NCBI RefSeq assembly: GCF_001194135.2
Contig: NC_069007.1
Coordinates: 10,709,536-10,773,535 of the forward strand
DNA from: Octopus bimaculoides
Lineage: Eukaryota
Reading direction: 5' to 3'
DNA: 64,000 bases
The position numbers and the translations under genes are program-made. Positions 22,022 through 35,359 of this stretch are shown in pieces (the stretch's first letter is position 1; the number at the start of each line of letters is the position of its first letter). Under the pieces are notes generated by a model that ran no database searches, was not told the origin of the DNA, and was given only the letters and a program-made list of their open reading frames with translations.

Positions 22022-22180
22022 CCGCATTTTAACGTGTATAAGGAACCCCTAATTTATGGGGCTTAAAATTTGGAATAAAGGTTTTGTAAGGGGTTATAAT
22101 ACTATCCATGTATAAACTCCCATATTTTTTTTAACGTAACTTTTGACAAAAAGCAGTTCCTTATACACGTTAAAATACAG
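22022..22180. mobile_element. 159-bp Tc1/pogo-like MITE with TA TSD
   Basis: The 25-bp TIRs CCGCATTTTAACGTGTATAAGGAAC and GTTCCTTATACACGTTAAAATACAG match at 23/25 and are flanked by TA. Confidence 0.85.
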
Positions 22181-23189
22181 TATGTACCAAACTGAAATAA
22201 GTATTGGGTTGATATGATCATCTTACTACAAAATTATGAATGTAGTGCTCAGCATAATCCAGTCCGATGACTGAAACAAAAACGATTATATGATTATGTG
22301 GTCAAGAAGTTTGCTTCACAACCACGTGCTTTCTATTTCACCCCCACTGCATGGCACTTTGGGTAAGTATCTCCAACTATTGCTCTAGACCATGCCTGCA
22401 CCTACATATGCATATATAATGATGATAACAATATATGTAATTGGATGGCTATTTGACTTTCCTCAGTTCGTCTACCTTTGACAAGTCATGTTTTTCCTCT
22501 TGCAGAATGTCCACCCATCCTCCAGTCTCACTCACCAAGCAGGCTGATAGTCTGACCAATTCATGTTGAATTCTCACGCTCACACAATGCAGTGTATAAC
22601 ATTCTTTCTTTTATACACACAAGACCTGAAATTTGGGGGGAGGGGGCTAGTCGATTACATTGATCCCAGTGCATAACTGGTACTTATTTCGTCGACCCTG
22701 AAGGGATGGAAGATAGAGTCAACCTCAGCGGAATTTAAACTCAGAATGTAGCAAAGGAGTGAAATACCGCTAAACATTTCATTCAGCATGCTAACGATTC
22801 TGCCAGTGGCATAAATAGAGAGTGAAGACATAACATGGTAACAAAAGCCATATATTGTTGAAATAAACACAAAACAAGTTAATGTTATAGCAAAAATGTT
22901 ACTGTGCTTGTTTCAATAATCTTTTGCGGATTAAGGTATGTTTATCTTCTGCACTCATCTGAAACATCATTGCGGTTCGGATGGTGACATTTTACTCTTT
23001 TTTTACTCTTTTACTTGTTTCAGACTGTGGCCATGCTGGAGCACCGCCTTTAGTTGAGCAAATCGACCCCAGGACTTATTCTTTGGAAGCCTAGTACTTA
23101 TTCTATCGGTCTCTTTTACCAAACCGCTAAGTTACGGGGACGTAAACACACCAGCATCAGTTGTCAAGCGATGTTGGGGGGACAAACAG

Positions 23190-23232
<43 letters not shown>

Positions 23233-23740
23233 TACGACGGGCTTCTTCCAGTTTCCCTCTACCAAATCCACTCACAAGGCTTGGTCAGCCCGAGGCTATA
23301 GCAGAAGACACTTGCCCAAGGTGCCACGCAGTGGGACTGAACCCGGAGCCATGTGGTTTGTAAGCAAGCTACTTGCCACGCCTGCGCCTATTTGATAACA
23401 TTTTCCAGTCAACAAACTATCTGGTGGCTCTGTATTTTCAAAGATGAATGGAATGAAAACTCGCTTATGTAAGTAGGTGGGGGTGGCAAGAAGGGCCATC
23501 CAACAGTAAGAGCAATGTCTCAATAATATCTAATCACCGAACCCATGCTTACATGGTAAAACAGAAGCAAAAACAAACAAATGAATCTATGCACATCCAT
23601 CTATACAATTTTTAGAACTGTATTTGTTCAGCAAGGACTTCATCTGAGATTGCATATTGAAAGAGAAACAACTGTTTCCTGTAGCTATTTGAAATATACA
23701 GACAGGTACCACTAGCTTCACAACTGGCGGAATCATTAGT

Positions 23741-24204
23741 CAATACTGTTCTCTATTTTAGAGATGAGGAATTCTGTACATTATTTACATTGGACAGATA
23801 TGTGTCCCCATCTTGTTTGTTGTTACCACATTTTGGCTGATTTACTCTCCAGCCTTCATCAGGTGTCCTGGTAGAATTTTGAACCCAACCTTGGGTTCTC
23901 ATTCCTAAGGTATTTTTTGGTGGTGGTGATATTTATTCAAGGCACTGCCTGAAATTGAACTTGGAATCTTGGGGTTAGTAGCCCGCACTCTTAACCATTA
24001 CGCTATATGGCAGTTCAATTCCAGGCAGTGCCTTGAATAAATAATAATAATATCACCAAAAAATACCTTAGGAATAAAAACCCAAGATTGAGTTTAAAAT
24101 TCTACCAGGACACCTGATGAAGGCTGGAGAGTAAATCAGCCGAAATGTTGTGGTAACAACAAACAAGATGAGGACATATATCTGTCCAATGTAAATAATG
24201 TACA
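23741..24204. mobile_element. Inverted dimer of a tRNA-headed SINE with a hammerhead-like tail, inserted into a family A SINE head
   Basis: Arms 23770-23960 and 24013-24208 are reverse complements. The A box TAGCGTAATGG lies at 24005-23995 (-) and B boxes lie at 23960 (-) and 24013 (+). The 11-bp TSD GAATCATTAGT lies at 23730-23740 and 24205-24215. Confidence 0.85.
24110..24153 (+). ncRNA. Minimal Penelope-type hammerhead ribozyme motif, probably degraded in this copy
   Basis: ACAC-CTGATGA-A-GGCTG..CAGCC-GAAA-TGTT-GTG. The core is intact, with a 5-bp stem II and a stem I of CAC/GTG. The usual GAAAC reads GAAAT here. Confidence 0.65.
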
Positions 24205-24465
24205 GAATCATTAGTGTCGGACAAAATGCCTTACAGTATTTCTTCTGCTTCTTTACATCCTGAGTTCAAATCCTACCAAAGTCAACTTTGCTTCTCATGT
24301 CTCCATTGCTGATAAGATAAAGGGCCAAACAAATACTGTAGTTGAAGGCATTAACTAACCCCCCTCGTCAAAGAAGCTGGCCTTGTGCCTAAACAAGAAA
24401 CATGTAATAGCAAATTCTTACAAATTAGTTTGAACCAAAAACAAAAAAAGGTAACAAACACTCAC

Positions 24466-24617
24466 AAAAGAATAGGGACAGTGGTTAGAAACTTTTTCGT
24501 AGCAGTGAACTGTTGACCATAGTCGATTTGCTCCCATTGTGTTTGCATTCGGGCCTTACCTTGGTCAGCAGGTTCCCATGGAGTACCTTTGGTCACATGT
24601 AATATCATAAACATCAG
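24466..24617 (-). CDS. ORMDL: ORMDL coding exon 2 ([38 protein letters not shown])
   Basis: 152 bp with a tttacag acceptor and gtgagt donor. It contains the ORMDL KGTP..DQGKAR..WEQ.DYG motif. Confidence 0.97.
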
Positions 24618-24979
24618 CTGTAAAGATATATTGGAAGACACATTTTTATGATTGTTACATTTATTTCTCACAAAACCCTTCACATCATGGGACCACCTGC
24701 AGGCTTAACAACACACTGTTTCTACTGAGGGAGCACAGGTATGGGCTGAATGGTTATGAAATGTGCATTGCAATTATGAGACCCTGTCCGGAGTTCAACT
24801 ATACTGCATGGCAACTTCAGAAGGTAAATGGTTTCTAGAATAGTTTCAGGTTGTCTCAAGTTGTGTGAGTAAAATAGAAACTTGATGAATAAACTGTACC
24901 TGTAGTTCAGGATTACATTAAGTGCACAGGTGAATAGTCACTCTCTCTGTAACGAGCATGTTGTAGTAGTAGTAGTGTG

Positions 24980-25308
24980 AAGGCACGTGGCTGAGTGGTT
25001 AGAGTATTCGGCTCACGATTGTAAGGTCGTGAGTTCAATTCCCGGTGACATGTTGTGTCCTTGAGCAAGACACTTTATTTTACATTGCTCCAGTTCGCTC
25101 AGCTGGCAAAAATGAGTAGCACCTGTATTTTAAAGGGCCAGCCTTGTCACACACTGTGTCATGCTGAATCTCCCTGTGAACTACGTTAAGGGTACATGTG
25201 TCTATGGAGTGCTCAGCCACTTAAATGTTAATTTCATGAGTAAGCTGTTTCATCGATTGTATCAGCTAGGACCCTCATCGTCGTAACCGATGGAGTGCTA
25301 CTGCGTTG
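24980..25308 (+). mobile_element. tRNA-derived SINE, family D (central GTGCTCAGCCACTT..TTAATTTCA domain)
   Basis: Head GGCTGAGTGGTTAGAG..GAGTTCAATTCC. Related copies lie at 32290-32765, 50508-50734, 51499-51600, 53706-54066 and 54277-54596. Confidence 0.75.
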
Positions 25309-25590
25309 CTTGAACAACTGGTAGAGTCATTGCCCAATCCAAATTAAAGGACCTCGTTATTATCTCACCAATATCAAAGTGAAATTTAATCAGCAATAGA
25401 AATGGGGTCTCCTTCCCATTGAAATTTTAATCAAAACAATGAAAGTAACAACAGAGGATGGACAAAGGAATATTGAAATAAAAGAGGGGGAGAAAAAGAT
25501 GAGAAAAGAGAGAGAGAAGAAATGTGAGACAGAGAAGTTGAGATGAAAGAGCAGAGAAAACAAGCTAAGTAGATGAATGTGAGTACTTAC

Positions 25591-25764
25591 GACATCATGG
25601 ACGACATTGGTGAGTGTCCAGGCTATGGGCACTGAGAAAAAAGGAACACTTAACAGCATGAAGTGGACCAGAGAGATCATAATTATATAAGTGAGCCATA
25701 TTCCTTTACTGTTCAGGTAGAAATGGGTTGGGTTCCCATCACTATGGGCTGTGCCCACATTCAT
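25591..25764 (-). CDS. ORMDL: ORMDL coding exon 1 (MNVGTAHSDGNP..WTLTNVVHDV)
   Basis: 174 bp (58 codons) followed by a gtaagt donor. The three coding exons join into a 153-aa protein, the canonical ORMDL length. The probable acceptor for this exon is at about 25788. Confidence 0.97.
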
Positions 25765-27126
25765 CTTCGATGAAACTACAGATGGTCACTACATAAAGAA
25801 ACAAAAAAAAAAAACATTGATTAATAAGTTATTTGGAATTCGTCATCGACACATTTGACATCTCTCCTTTATAGTCTACCTTTTCCATAATCTAACAGTA
25901 AAAACCTGAAACACCCTAAAACAAAAAATTTCCCACACATGCAGTATTGCAGCTAAAGAAAGGACTAGTGAAATTAATGCACAATATTTTTTTTACAAAT
26001 GGTTTGGCCCAGAGGAAGTGATTGTGCTTAAGGCTTTTAAAGAACTGGCTCTGAAGATGAAGAACCATTTCTGTGATGCAGTCTTTGCTATGTTGAGGAC
26101 ATTTGTAATGACTAGATGCCTTTTGTTGTATGTTCTTCATTTTTCATGTTTAGTGTGGCACAATTAACACCAAATACTCAGGCCTCAATACAAACAGTAA
26201 GAAACAAGTTTATTGAATAGCGGTATGTACATTGTGCATGTATATATACATTCATACACATATATAAATTTAATTTAATATAATTTTAATTTCACTAATT
26301 GGATATGGAAGCAACATCATAAAAATTGTCCTTTTGTTCATCCAGCAGTCTCAGGTAAGAGGCATAGAAATAGATAAAAGTCACTGTCTAATTTTCCAAG
26401 ACTAATCTAAGATTAAACATCGTGTCACACACTCTGACTACCTCAATTACTTCACCCACTCATTTCTCTACTAAAAATACATTCTCTAACACATACTACC
26501 ACTATTACCTTCCCAGAAGATTTTCTACCTATGTTCTTTGCCTGTGAGGTATGTCTGAGGCTTACCTACATCTTACATATTGCACACAACACACATCTAT
26601 ATGCCCTCATTCTAGCATTTCTACAACCTCACCAGATCAACCTTTCAATGTGCCTAGATTGACTGTAGCAGCCCCAGGAAAGTGGACTGGGTGGAAAGAG
26701 TAAGTAGGGAGTTGGGGAAACAGTTTCCAGGTTTGTGGGAAGATTTGCCTTTAGGTAGACTACTCTTGCACACTACAAGCCACACAAATTTTCCCATGGA
26801 CCCTAAGCTTCTGAAAGGTCCATCTATTCAGTTTTTGAGCTGCTGTTGTATATAGTCACTTGCTGACATCTCTCCTTCATATTATGCCCAGCTAAAATTT
26901 TATGTAATCATGATTATACTCTTTATTCTTTTACTTGTTTCAGTCATTTGACTGTGGTCATGCTGGAGCACCACCTTTTTAGTTGAGCTAATCGATCCCA
27001 GGACTTATTCTTTGTAAGCCTAGTACTTATTCTATCGGTCTCTTTTGCCGAGCCGCTAAGTTACAGGGACGTAAACACACCAGCATCGGTTGTCAAGCGA
27101 TGTTGGGGGGACAAACACAGACACAT

Positions 27127-27177
<51 letters not shown>

Positions 27178-28479
27178 ACGGGCTTCTTTCAGTTTCCGTC
27201 TACCAAATCCACTCACAAGGCTTTGATCAGCCCGAGGCTATAGTAGAAGACACTTGCCCAAGGTGCCACGCAGTGAGACTGAACCCAGAACCATGTGGAT
27301 CGTAAGCATGCTACTTACCACACAGCCACTCCTACGCCTATATTACGATAACAATATTGTTAAAATACACACTATACCTCTTGAAGCAGATATCTGACCA
27401 CGAAATCCAGATAATGTATTCAAAACTACATTACAACAACCTCCCTCTTAAGTACGCAACTTGAACCTAACCACATGTGTGTACTTAGCCGGTACGTTGC
27501 AACAGCAGTAGCAAATCAGTTGCATGAATGTATGCGTGCAGCTAATCACAGAAAGGCTCATGTATGCACACAGTTTTAGATCACATTTATTATCTTTTCT
27601 GTCAGGTTTCTGATATCACATACCTTGAGCCATTTATTACCTGTTTAGATGTCCAATGTTGCTGGAGAATAAATCGTTGATAAATTTAAACCTGAGATTC
27701 TTGAAGGTTTTGCATGTACTTATCTGTGATGCATACTTAACCAGGTTACAGTATTGTCCTTCCTATTTCAAAATAGTAGGGCTGTGAGATGAGGAAAATA
27801 TGCTGCTATTTCTAGCAGATCAAGTGACAGTGTAAATGTTCCCTTATAAACTCGTTAATGATGTATCACACTGGCTCAAACACACATATCTGTAAGATAA
27901 AGGGATGGTGGTACAATCGATTAAATTGATGACCCTTGTATATAACTGGAAGTCCTTTGATTGATATAAGAAAGATAAAAATCAAGACATACAGTCATCA
28001 TCATCATCGTTTAAAGTCTGCTTTCCAAGCTAGCATGGGTTGGATGATTTGACTGAGGATTGGCGAGCTGGATGGCTGCACCAGGCTCCAATCTGATCTG
28101 GCAGAGTTTCTACAGCTGGATGCTTTTTCTAACCCCAACCATTCCTAGAGTGTAGTGGGTGCTTTTATGTGCCATCGGCACAAGGGCCAGTCAGGCGGTA
28201 CTGGCAACGGCCACACTCAAATGGTTTTTTACGTGCCACCTGCACAGGAGCCAGGCCAGCGGCACTGGCAACGACCTTGTTCGAATGTTTTCTAATGTGC
28301 CACCGGCACAAGTGCCAGTAAGATGACGCTGGTATAGCATGGCTGTCAGAGTTCAGGAATAAAAATGTATAAAACCTTTATCTTTTAAGAAATATTGAAA
28401 ATTCAAGATACACAAAGTTGCTGGATCTGTATACTACATAATCATTCAATATAACCCCTACCAACTTTAATAACATCCT

Positions 28480-28700
28480 TGAGGCAACAGTGGAATCAGG
28501 AACAGAGATGTTTCATGGTCGCAGCTGACTCATCTTGGAATGCTTCCTGGCAGATGTGCTACTTCAGCACTTCCTTGGTGTTGCAGGGAGTCTTGTTGCT
28601 GACTCTCTCGATCGTACCCCGGTAAAAATATATCCAGATAACTGCAGTCTGGGGAGTTAGGAGACCACAGCCGAGTGGTTTGAACACAGAAAGTAAAAGG
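28480..28700 (-). pseudogene. Mariner-type transposase C-terminal relic
   Basis: LWSPNSPDCSYLD followed by GTIERVSNKTPCNTKEVLK, matching the WPPNSPD-NPLDY motif. Confidence 0.7.
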
Positions 28701-29279
28701 AACATATAATAATTTTTGAAAAGTATTTTGTCCTGTATGCTACCATTCGAGCCAAGTCTCCAGATACCAACTGCCTCATCTAGATCACACTACCTGCTAG
28801 AAAAAGCATCCAAATCTCACTCAAATCACATCCTACCATCATTCACACTTAGAGACACTGGATATTATAATTCTCAATACTGTAAACAAAAGATGGAATT
28901 GGTGCAACATATTTTGGGTGTATTTGAAGGCAATTGAGCTATTATTTCTAGTAGATGAAGTGACTGCTCAGTACATAGGAGAGGAACCCTTAACCTTTAT
29001 TTTTAAAAAATCCCTATGACTAAAACAGTAATTTCATACATATTACATACCTATGAATTTATTAAAGATTTTAAAAAATTCTTAGCAAAAGCCCTTTATT
29101 CTTTGTTACACACTTGCAATTTGCCCCTGGTATTAAAGAGGTCCCCCAGAGCCAATATTGTGGCTACTTGATTAACTCAGTAAAAAGTTATATACATAAA
29201 CTAAAAAAATAAACTATAGCTGTTACTTGTATGACCTGGTAGCATGTCCCATGGTTTTACTAATTGTTTAAGGTTCTAC

Positions 29280-29800
29280 TGTAATGAAGGACAGATACAG
29301 ATACCTTCTCAACCCTACCACTAATGACATCCAGGACGTAGTAATTGGAGGTGGGGCAGGGGGGGGGCACAGCATCAGCCTCAGTGGTTGCCATGTAGAC
29401 TGGGGCAACATGACATGTACAAAGCACAAGGACATAATACACTGAATTGAACTCGTAATCTTGGGAACATTATGTGGGCTAACTGCTCTTCTGCTTGCTG
29501 GGTGCCTTGTTCTGGTAAAAGTTTTTTCATCTGAGAAAACCCACATGTTTGATACGAAGGGATGCTTCTACTTGTTCAACAGTGTCTTGGCCCTTTTCAC
29601 ACAGTTTTTCTTGGACTTTTAAGTGAGCAGTTGTCCTGAGTGCATCTTGTAAGACTTATGACAAAGGTCTTCAGGCAATCTCACATACTCAATAAACTGC
29701 TTGAATTTCTAGATGAAATTAGCATTTCTCACCTTTTGTTTACAGTGATTATTCGTTTTCCAAGCAACCACAGTGTCAACCTCAAAGTTACTGTCCTTTC
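29280..29800 (-). pseudogene. Mariner-type transposase relic (catalytic N-part)
   Basis: WVFSDEKTFT (first catalytic Asp) and HVMLP-like segments, frameshifted. Confidence 0.7.
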
Positions 29801-30479
29801 ACTCCTTTCTCACCCTCAGGATTGTGTACAGTGGGAGTTTTAAGTTTTCGACAATAGCCTTGTTATTCGCACTGGTACAGAATGAGTACACCACCACCTT
29901 CCTTTCCCACTCCTCAGGGAACACAGTGCAAGCAGGTAGAGGTTGTAGGAATGTACAAGAGAGTGGAGATATGGTTAGAGATGGAAGATGGATAGGCAGG
30001 TGAATATAATGAAGAACAGATGCTGAAGGATGAAGGAGGAGATAACTGTAGAAACTGAGTAGGGTTGAGGTGGGGTATAATGGATAAAGGTTGACCAAAT
30101 GATATATATGAGGTGAGAGAGAGAGTAAGAAATAAACAGACAGAGCCAGAAAAGGAGAGGTGAAGTGCAGCAGAATAGTAATAATGGTAGAGCAGATAGG
30201 AAAAAGGGTAACAGAGAGTGAGTGAGTGAGAGTATTCAATGTAGAAAGTAGGTGGAGAGGACAGTATTAAGAATGAAAGACGAAGAACAAATGAAATAGT
30301 TGTTGGTAATGAAAAGGATAATGGTACCAGGAAGAAACCAGTGAAGTATGCAGTTCTGCTCACATTTAATTACAACAGCAGAATACTGTAATTAGAGAAA
30401 TGATGGCTGGTGGAAATGTCATGAGGAGGAAACTGAGCAGGGGAGTGCATAAGTTCCAGAACTTCAGTTTCACCAAGGT

Positions 30480-30960
30480 GGGCAGGTCTTCTCAAGAACT
30501 ATATACGCCCAGTCATCCTGGTCCTTTGTCATCTCTTCTGTGAGGTTCAAATTCCTGAGATCAGCCTTCACCACTTCCAGGGTCTCCATCTGCCACATCT
30601 ATTGGCACTTCTTTATACAGCTGTCCTCATCCATATACACATACCCAAACCAGTGCAGTCTTTTTTCTTGCACACATCTGATTCCTCTCATACCCAATTC
30701 TTTTTCCTCAACTCATTTGTACTTTGTTGTTAATCTACACTTACACATCCAACAGAGCAGGCTAGCTTCATTCCTTTCCAGTATCCTCATCACACAAGGA
30801 CCATATCTCATTAGCCTGCAGCATCACTGTTCTAAAAAAAGGATCATACGATCTACCCTTTAAGAGAAAAGACCATCGTTGCCAGCAGCATTAGAATCTC
30901 CCTGAACATTTTTCAACCAGTTATTACCCTGGCTACTATACTTTCAGAGCAACAACCCCA
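30480..30960 (-). mobile_element. RTE-clade LINE 3' relic
   Basis: Frameshifted translation gives ..FREILMLLATMVFSL.GRSYD..RTVMLQANEIWSL..RNEASLLCWMC..LGMRGIRCVQEKRLHWFGYV. Confidence 0.7.
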
Positions 30961-33269
30961 CCTGCTAAACAGATCTAGTTAACAAAAGCTAGTGACCATT
31001 TTTAGTAATCCATATATGGACAAGAGAATCCATTTCTGGTGAGCTCTCAGTATGTTTTATTCCAGTGCATCTGCCACATGTGAAGCCTGCTAGCTCTGCA
31101 AGCAGTATTTTGTTTCAATGCTATTTTCTATTACAAACTAAATCTAGAGCTTAACCAACACTTTGTAACAGCTATAAATGTCATGTCTCTATATTCAACA
31201 TCTTTGTGGAGGCACACACAGTCAGTGTTATGTCAGTTCATTTATTCATTTTTACATGTTCTTCCATGTTCCCATGGGTTAGGAGAATAGAGGCACTGTT
31301 TTACATTCGAACACCCTTCAGTCACTAACAATTACCAGTTTTTCAAGAATTCTCTTATTGCACATATCTTCAAAGGACACAAAACCAGCAAATGATTTGC
31401 TGATGGTGGAAAGATCAACATTACTGCTTGTCGGTGAACTTGTCTTGAAGAAGCACAAATGTAAACACACACACACGTACATACAAGAGACTTCTTTCAG
31501 CTTCCATCTACCAAATCCCCAATCAATGCTTTGGTTGTGGGGGTCTATAGTAGGAAACACTTGCCCAAGATACTGCACAGTAATGAACCCTAAACCCAGT
31601 GGTTAAGAAGCTAATTTCTTAACCACATAGTTATGCTACCATTTATGTATGTCTGTCTGTTTATCAATCCATCTATCTATTTACATACACACAACATTCT
31701 TTAACTTGTGCTAGCCTGCAGGCTGCTGGGATACCACCACTGCTGAAGTAAAAAAAGACAAGGTGATTGCAGTAAGACAATAACACAAACACACTGAATT
31801 CAGCTAGCCTTGATTATTACCTTCACTTATCTATACATACACGCATCATCATTTTCTAACGTCCATCCTCAGAGCTGGTCATGGACTCAACAGGTTGACA
31901 AGATCCCAGGGACCCGAGAGGAAGGGTTGATTAAATAAACCCCACATTTCATCGGCCCTGAAAGGATGGAGAAGAGCTGAAGTGAATACATGATATTTTA
32001 GCTGATACTAATGATTCTCCTAAGGCTCCACCACCCTCACCTCCACACTAATATTGATTTTTAACATTAATAGTACAAGGACACATATTTAGGGTGAGCT
32101 GGCAGTGGGGGGGGGGGCATCGATTTAATCTTGCCAATCTGTAATATTATTTTAATAATTAATATTATTTGTTTTATCAATACTCAGAAAAACGTGAGGA
32201 TAATTTGACCCAGATCGTCTTTGACCTCACTAAACGAACTTAAGACGCTATATATTTCTATTACTACTTTAGTAAAGGAAAGGCAAAGGTTACCTTCTTG
32301 AATCATGCTGACTCATAAGGGCCAGTTTTCTGGTTTCCATGGCATATAAATTCCCTAGAACGAAACACTGGTCAGTTGCAGGGTTACTCTTTTTTGCCAG
32401 CTGAGTGGACTGGAGCAACGTGAAATAAAGTGTCTTGCTCAAGAATGCATTCACTGCCCAGTCTAGGAACATCTATGTGGTCATTCGGACTGCTAGAAAC
32501 AGCAGCAAAAATCATCTAAGTTCGAGGAAGTATAGGGCCGGTTACTCAGTTTCCATAGTGACTGAGTGACCGAGATCGTAACATTCCTCCCTGACCGGAA
32601 CACCGATCCCTTGCAGGGTTACTAATTTTTGCCAGCTGAGTGGACTGGAACAACATGAAATGAAGTGTCTTGTTCAAGAACACAATGCGTCGCCCAGTCC
32701 TGAAACTGGAACCACAATTTTATGACCATGCGTCCAACACCCTGACCACTAAGCCATGCACCTCCACACTACTTTAGATTTAATTAGTTCAACTACAAGT
32801 ATGCTTTCTAAATCATACACAAGCCATGTCATGACTACACTTGTTTGATTAGGTTGGAAGGTTAATAACAATAATACATAACATAGACTCAAACATCCAT
32901 GTGGTCATTCGGACTGCTAGAAATAGCAGCAAAAGAAGCAACTTATTTCTTTCCTTCTTTCTATGCGTAAGTATATTCTACTTGCGGTATTGCCCCCTTG
33001 GGTGCAGAGGGTGTTGAAGAAAAGTGGGGTGATAATTCATGTAAAAACAACAAAATAATGGGTTCATTAGGTTAAGTTTTATTTGTGAAATACAATTGCT
33101 TTGAATTTGCTTCAGAAAGGGGTCTATGTTTGTGATGGTGAGGGTGCTAGGGATGTGGCCAGGATGTCAAGGGGGGGCAGCAGCCTGAAAAAGTTTGGGA
33201 ACCACTGAACTAGGTTATGACTAGGAGATAACAGTTTACTCAGGGTAGCTGCCTTCAGCTTCCACCATG

Positions 33270-33640
33270 GCATCAAGATGGCTCCGGAGCCTGGCACCGG
33301 TATTCTTCACTATGTCCCTGAGAACATCTTCAGATACCTTCTAGATCTTGACCATCAGCTCGGCCTTAGTGTTACAGGCAGAGTGGCCGGTTTCTTTCTC
33401 AGCCTCACTCCACACATAGTAACCCATGGAATTACAATTGGGGTAATTCAAAGGCAAGAAACTTGGTCTAGTGAAATCACAGAAATTCTCCAACAAACAC
33501 TTCTCACTTTTTCTAGAGTGCCATGAATATGGCCTTTCAACAGCAACCCTCTCCAGCAACTTCACAGAGCCATCTGAACTGAGCCTAAGGTGGCAGGACA
33601 TCACGCTGACCATGGCTTTGTAGTCTCCACTGCAGCTGTT
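33270..33640 (-). pseudogene. Mariner-type transposase C-terminal relic
   Basis: PLNYPNCNSMGYYVWSEAEKETGHSACNTKAELMVKI, the same family as 28480-28700. Confidence 0.75.
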
Positions 33641-34859
33641 CATGACAGGTCTTAAAGACTAGAACTTATTCTATCAGTCTCTTTTACCAAATTGCTAAGG
33701 GGATGTAAACATACCAACAGCGGTTGTCAAGTAGTGCTGGGAGACAAACACAAACATACACACATATATATATATACGACGGGCTTCTTTCAGTTTCCAT
33801 CTATCAAATCCACCCACAAGGCCTTCGTCGGCCCAAGGCTATAGTAGAAGACACCTGCCCAGGGTGTTATGTAGTGGGACTGAACCTGGAACCATGTGGC
33901 TGGGAAGCAAACTTCTTACCACACAGCCATGCCTATATACGCTCTTTTTGTGTTGTGATCTCTATTTCTCCGGTTTGTAAAGCCAATTTTTCCGAAAATT
34001 TTCCCTGATCATTGTTTAATCTAAGCCCTGATCGAACAAATCTATGACCAAAGGCGTTTCAGTTGTGACCATCCCCTCTATCAATATATCCAGAGGTGGT
34101 GTCTGATATGTCCTTTAAAAAATGTGGAATTTAAAGGAGACTTAACAGCTATTTCTTAAAGTTCAAGTGAACATGCAAACGCTACCCAGTTTTGTTTAGT
34201 TCTAGCTTAGCGGCAACGTTAGGTTAGAGGAGCTCCACCCGCGACCACGCCCTCAATTTGTATCTCTTCGATTACATTGTCCATTGTGACTTTGCTTCTT
34301 TTTTTCAGTTTTAAAGAGAAAAATAGACAGTAGGGAATAAAATGGGGGGAGAATTAGTTGTTATTTCCAGCTGGGCCACCTACGTGTTAATTGTGCTATG
34401 AGAAACACCGACTTGTAATTCGAGAGATCTTCCCTGCCGTGTCGGTGCTTGAGGATCAAAATTTAAAAATTATCCTAACATATGTCAACAACACATCTTC
34501 ACATACAGAGTACTTAACTGTTTAGAAAGACAAAACACCCACCAATGACGGACAAGGTACATTATTATTCACGCGCGCATATATATATAAAAATCGGGCA
34601 GTAATCCAGAGTTGCCTATTTAGCTAAATGTAATAGTAGACATGAAACCAATGATAACTTTCTGTCCGGCCATAACCAACATATACTACTCCAGTACATT
34701 ATATATATACACACACACACCTGTATACAAAGGTCATGAACAATGCTTCTTCCTCCAGAACATACATAAACACACAGCTGTATGTACTCATACACATGTA
34801 TATATTTAATATAATTATACACGTATCAATACGTATGTGTATGGCATATGCGTTCATGT

Positions 34860-34870
34860 GTGTGTATGTG

Positions 34871-34907
<37 letters not shown>

Positions 34908-35081
34908 ACATGTAGATTTGTTACATAAAGCCATAAACACATCAGTATACAGAAATATTGATATCTACCTATCTATATATCTATATATATATATAGTCAT
35001 ACACACAGCAGTGTGTACGTTGTATGACTCTGTGTGTATATATATGCAGACATATACAGTAAATACACATGTGTCTATGTA

Positions 35082-35148
<67 letters not shown>
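34860..35148. repeat. (TA)n/(TG)n microsatellite cluster
   Basis: Directly visible; it is the source of the spurious IYIY ORFs. Confidence 0.95.
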
Positions 35149-35149
<1 letters not shown>

Positions 35150-35359
35150 AACATACAGGCATCTGTGTTTGCTGCTGCAAACATCACAGCTGAAATCAAA
35201 GAAAAACACGAAACTGGAGTAAAAATACATTAACGAAGTCTACATTTAAAAAAATAATTATTACAGCAAATATTGCCATTAACTAATTTAACTGTCCCTC
35301 GATATAATTGATATTATTATAATTATAATTAGTTAAAATGTCCCAAAGAGTTGACTCAC

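Noticed and set aside
23950-24010. Functional tRNA gene (also considered for other SINE heads)
   Set aside because: A and B boxes are present, but there is no acceptor stem and the sequence continues into a repeat body.
34616-35222. Cluster of IYIY/VCVC ORFs
   Set aside because: These are translations of (TA)n and (TG)n microsatellites.
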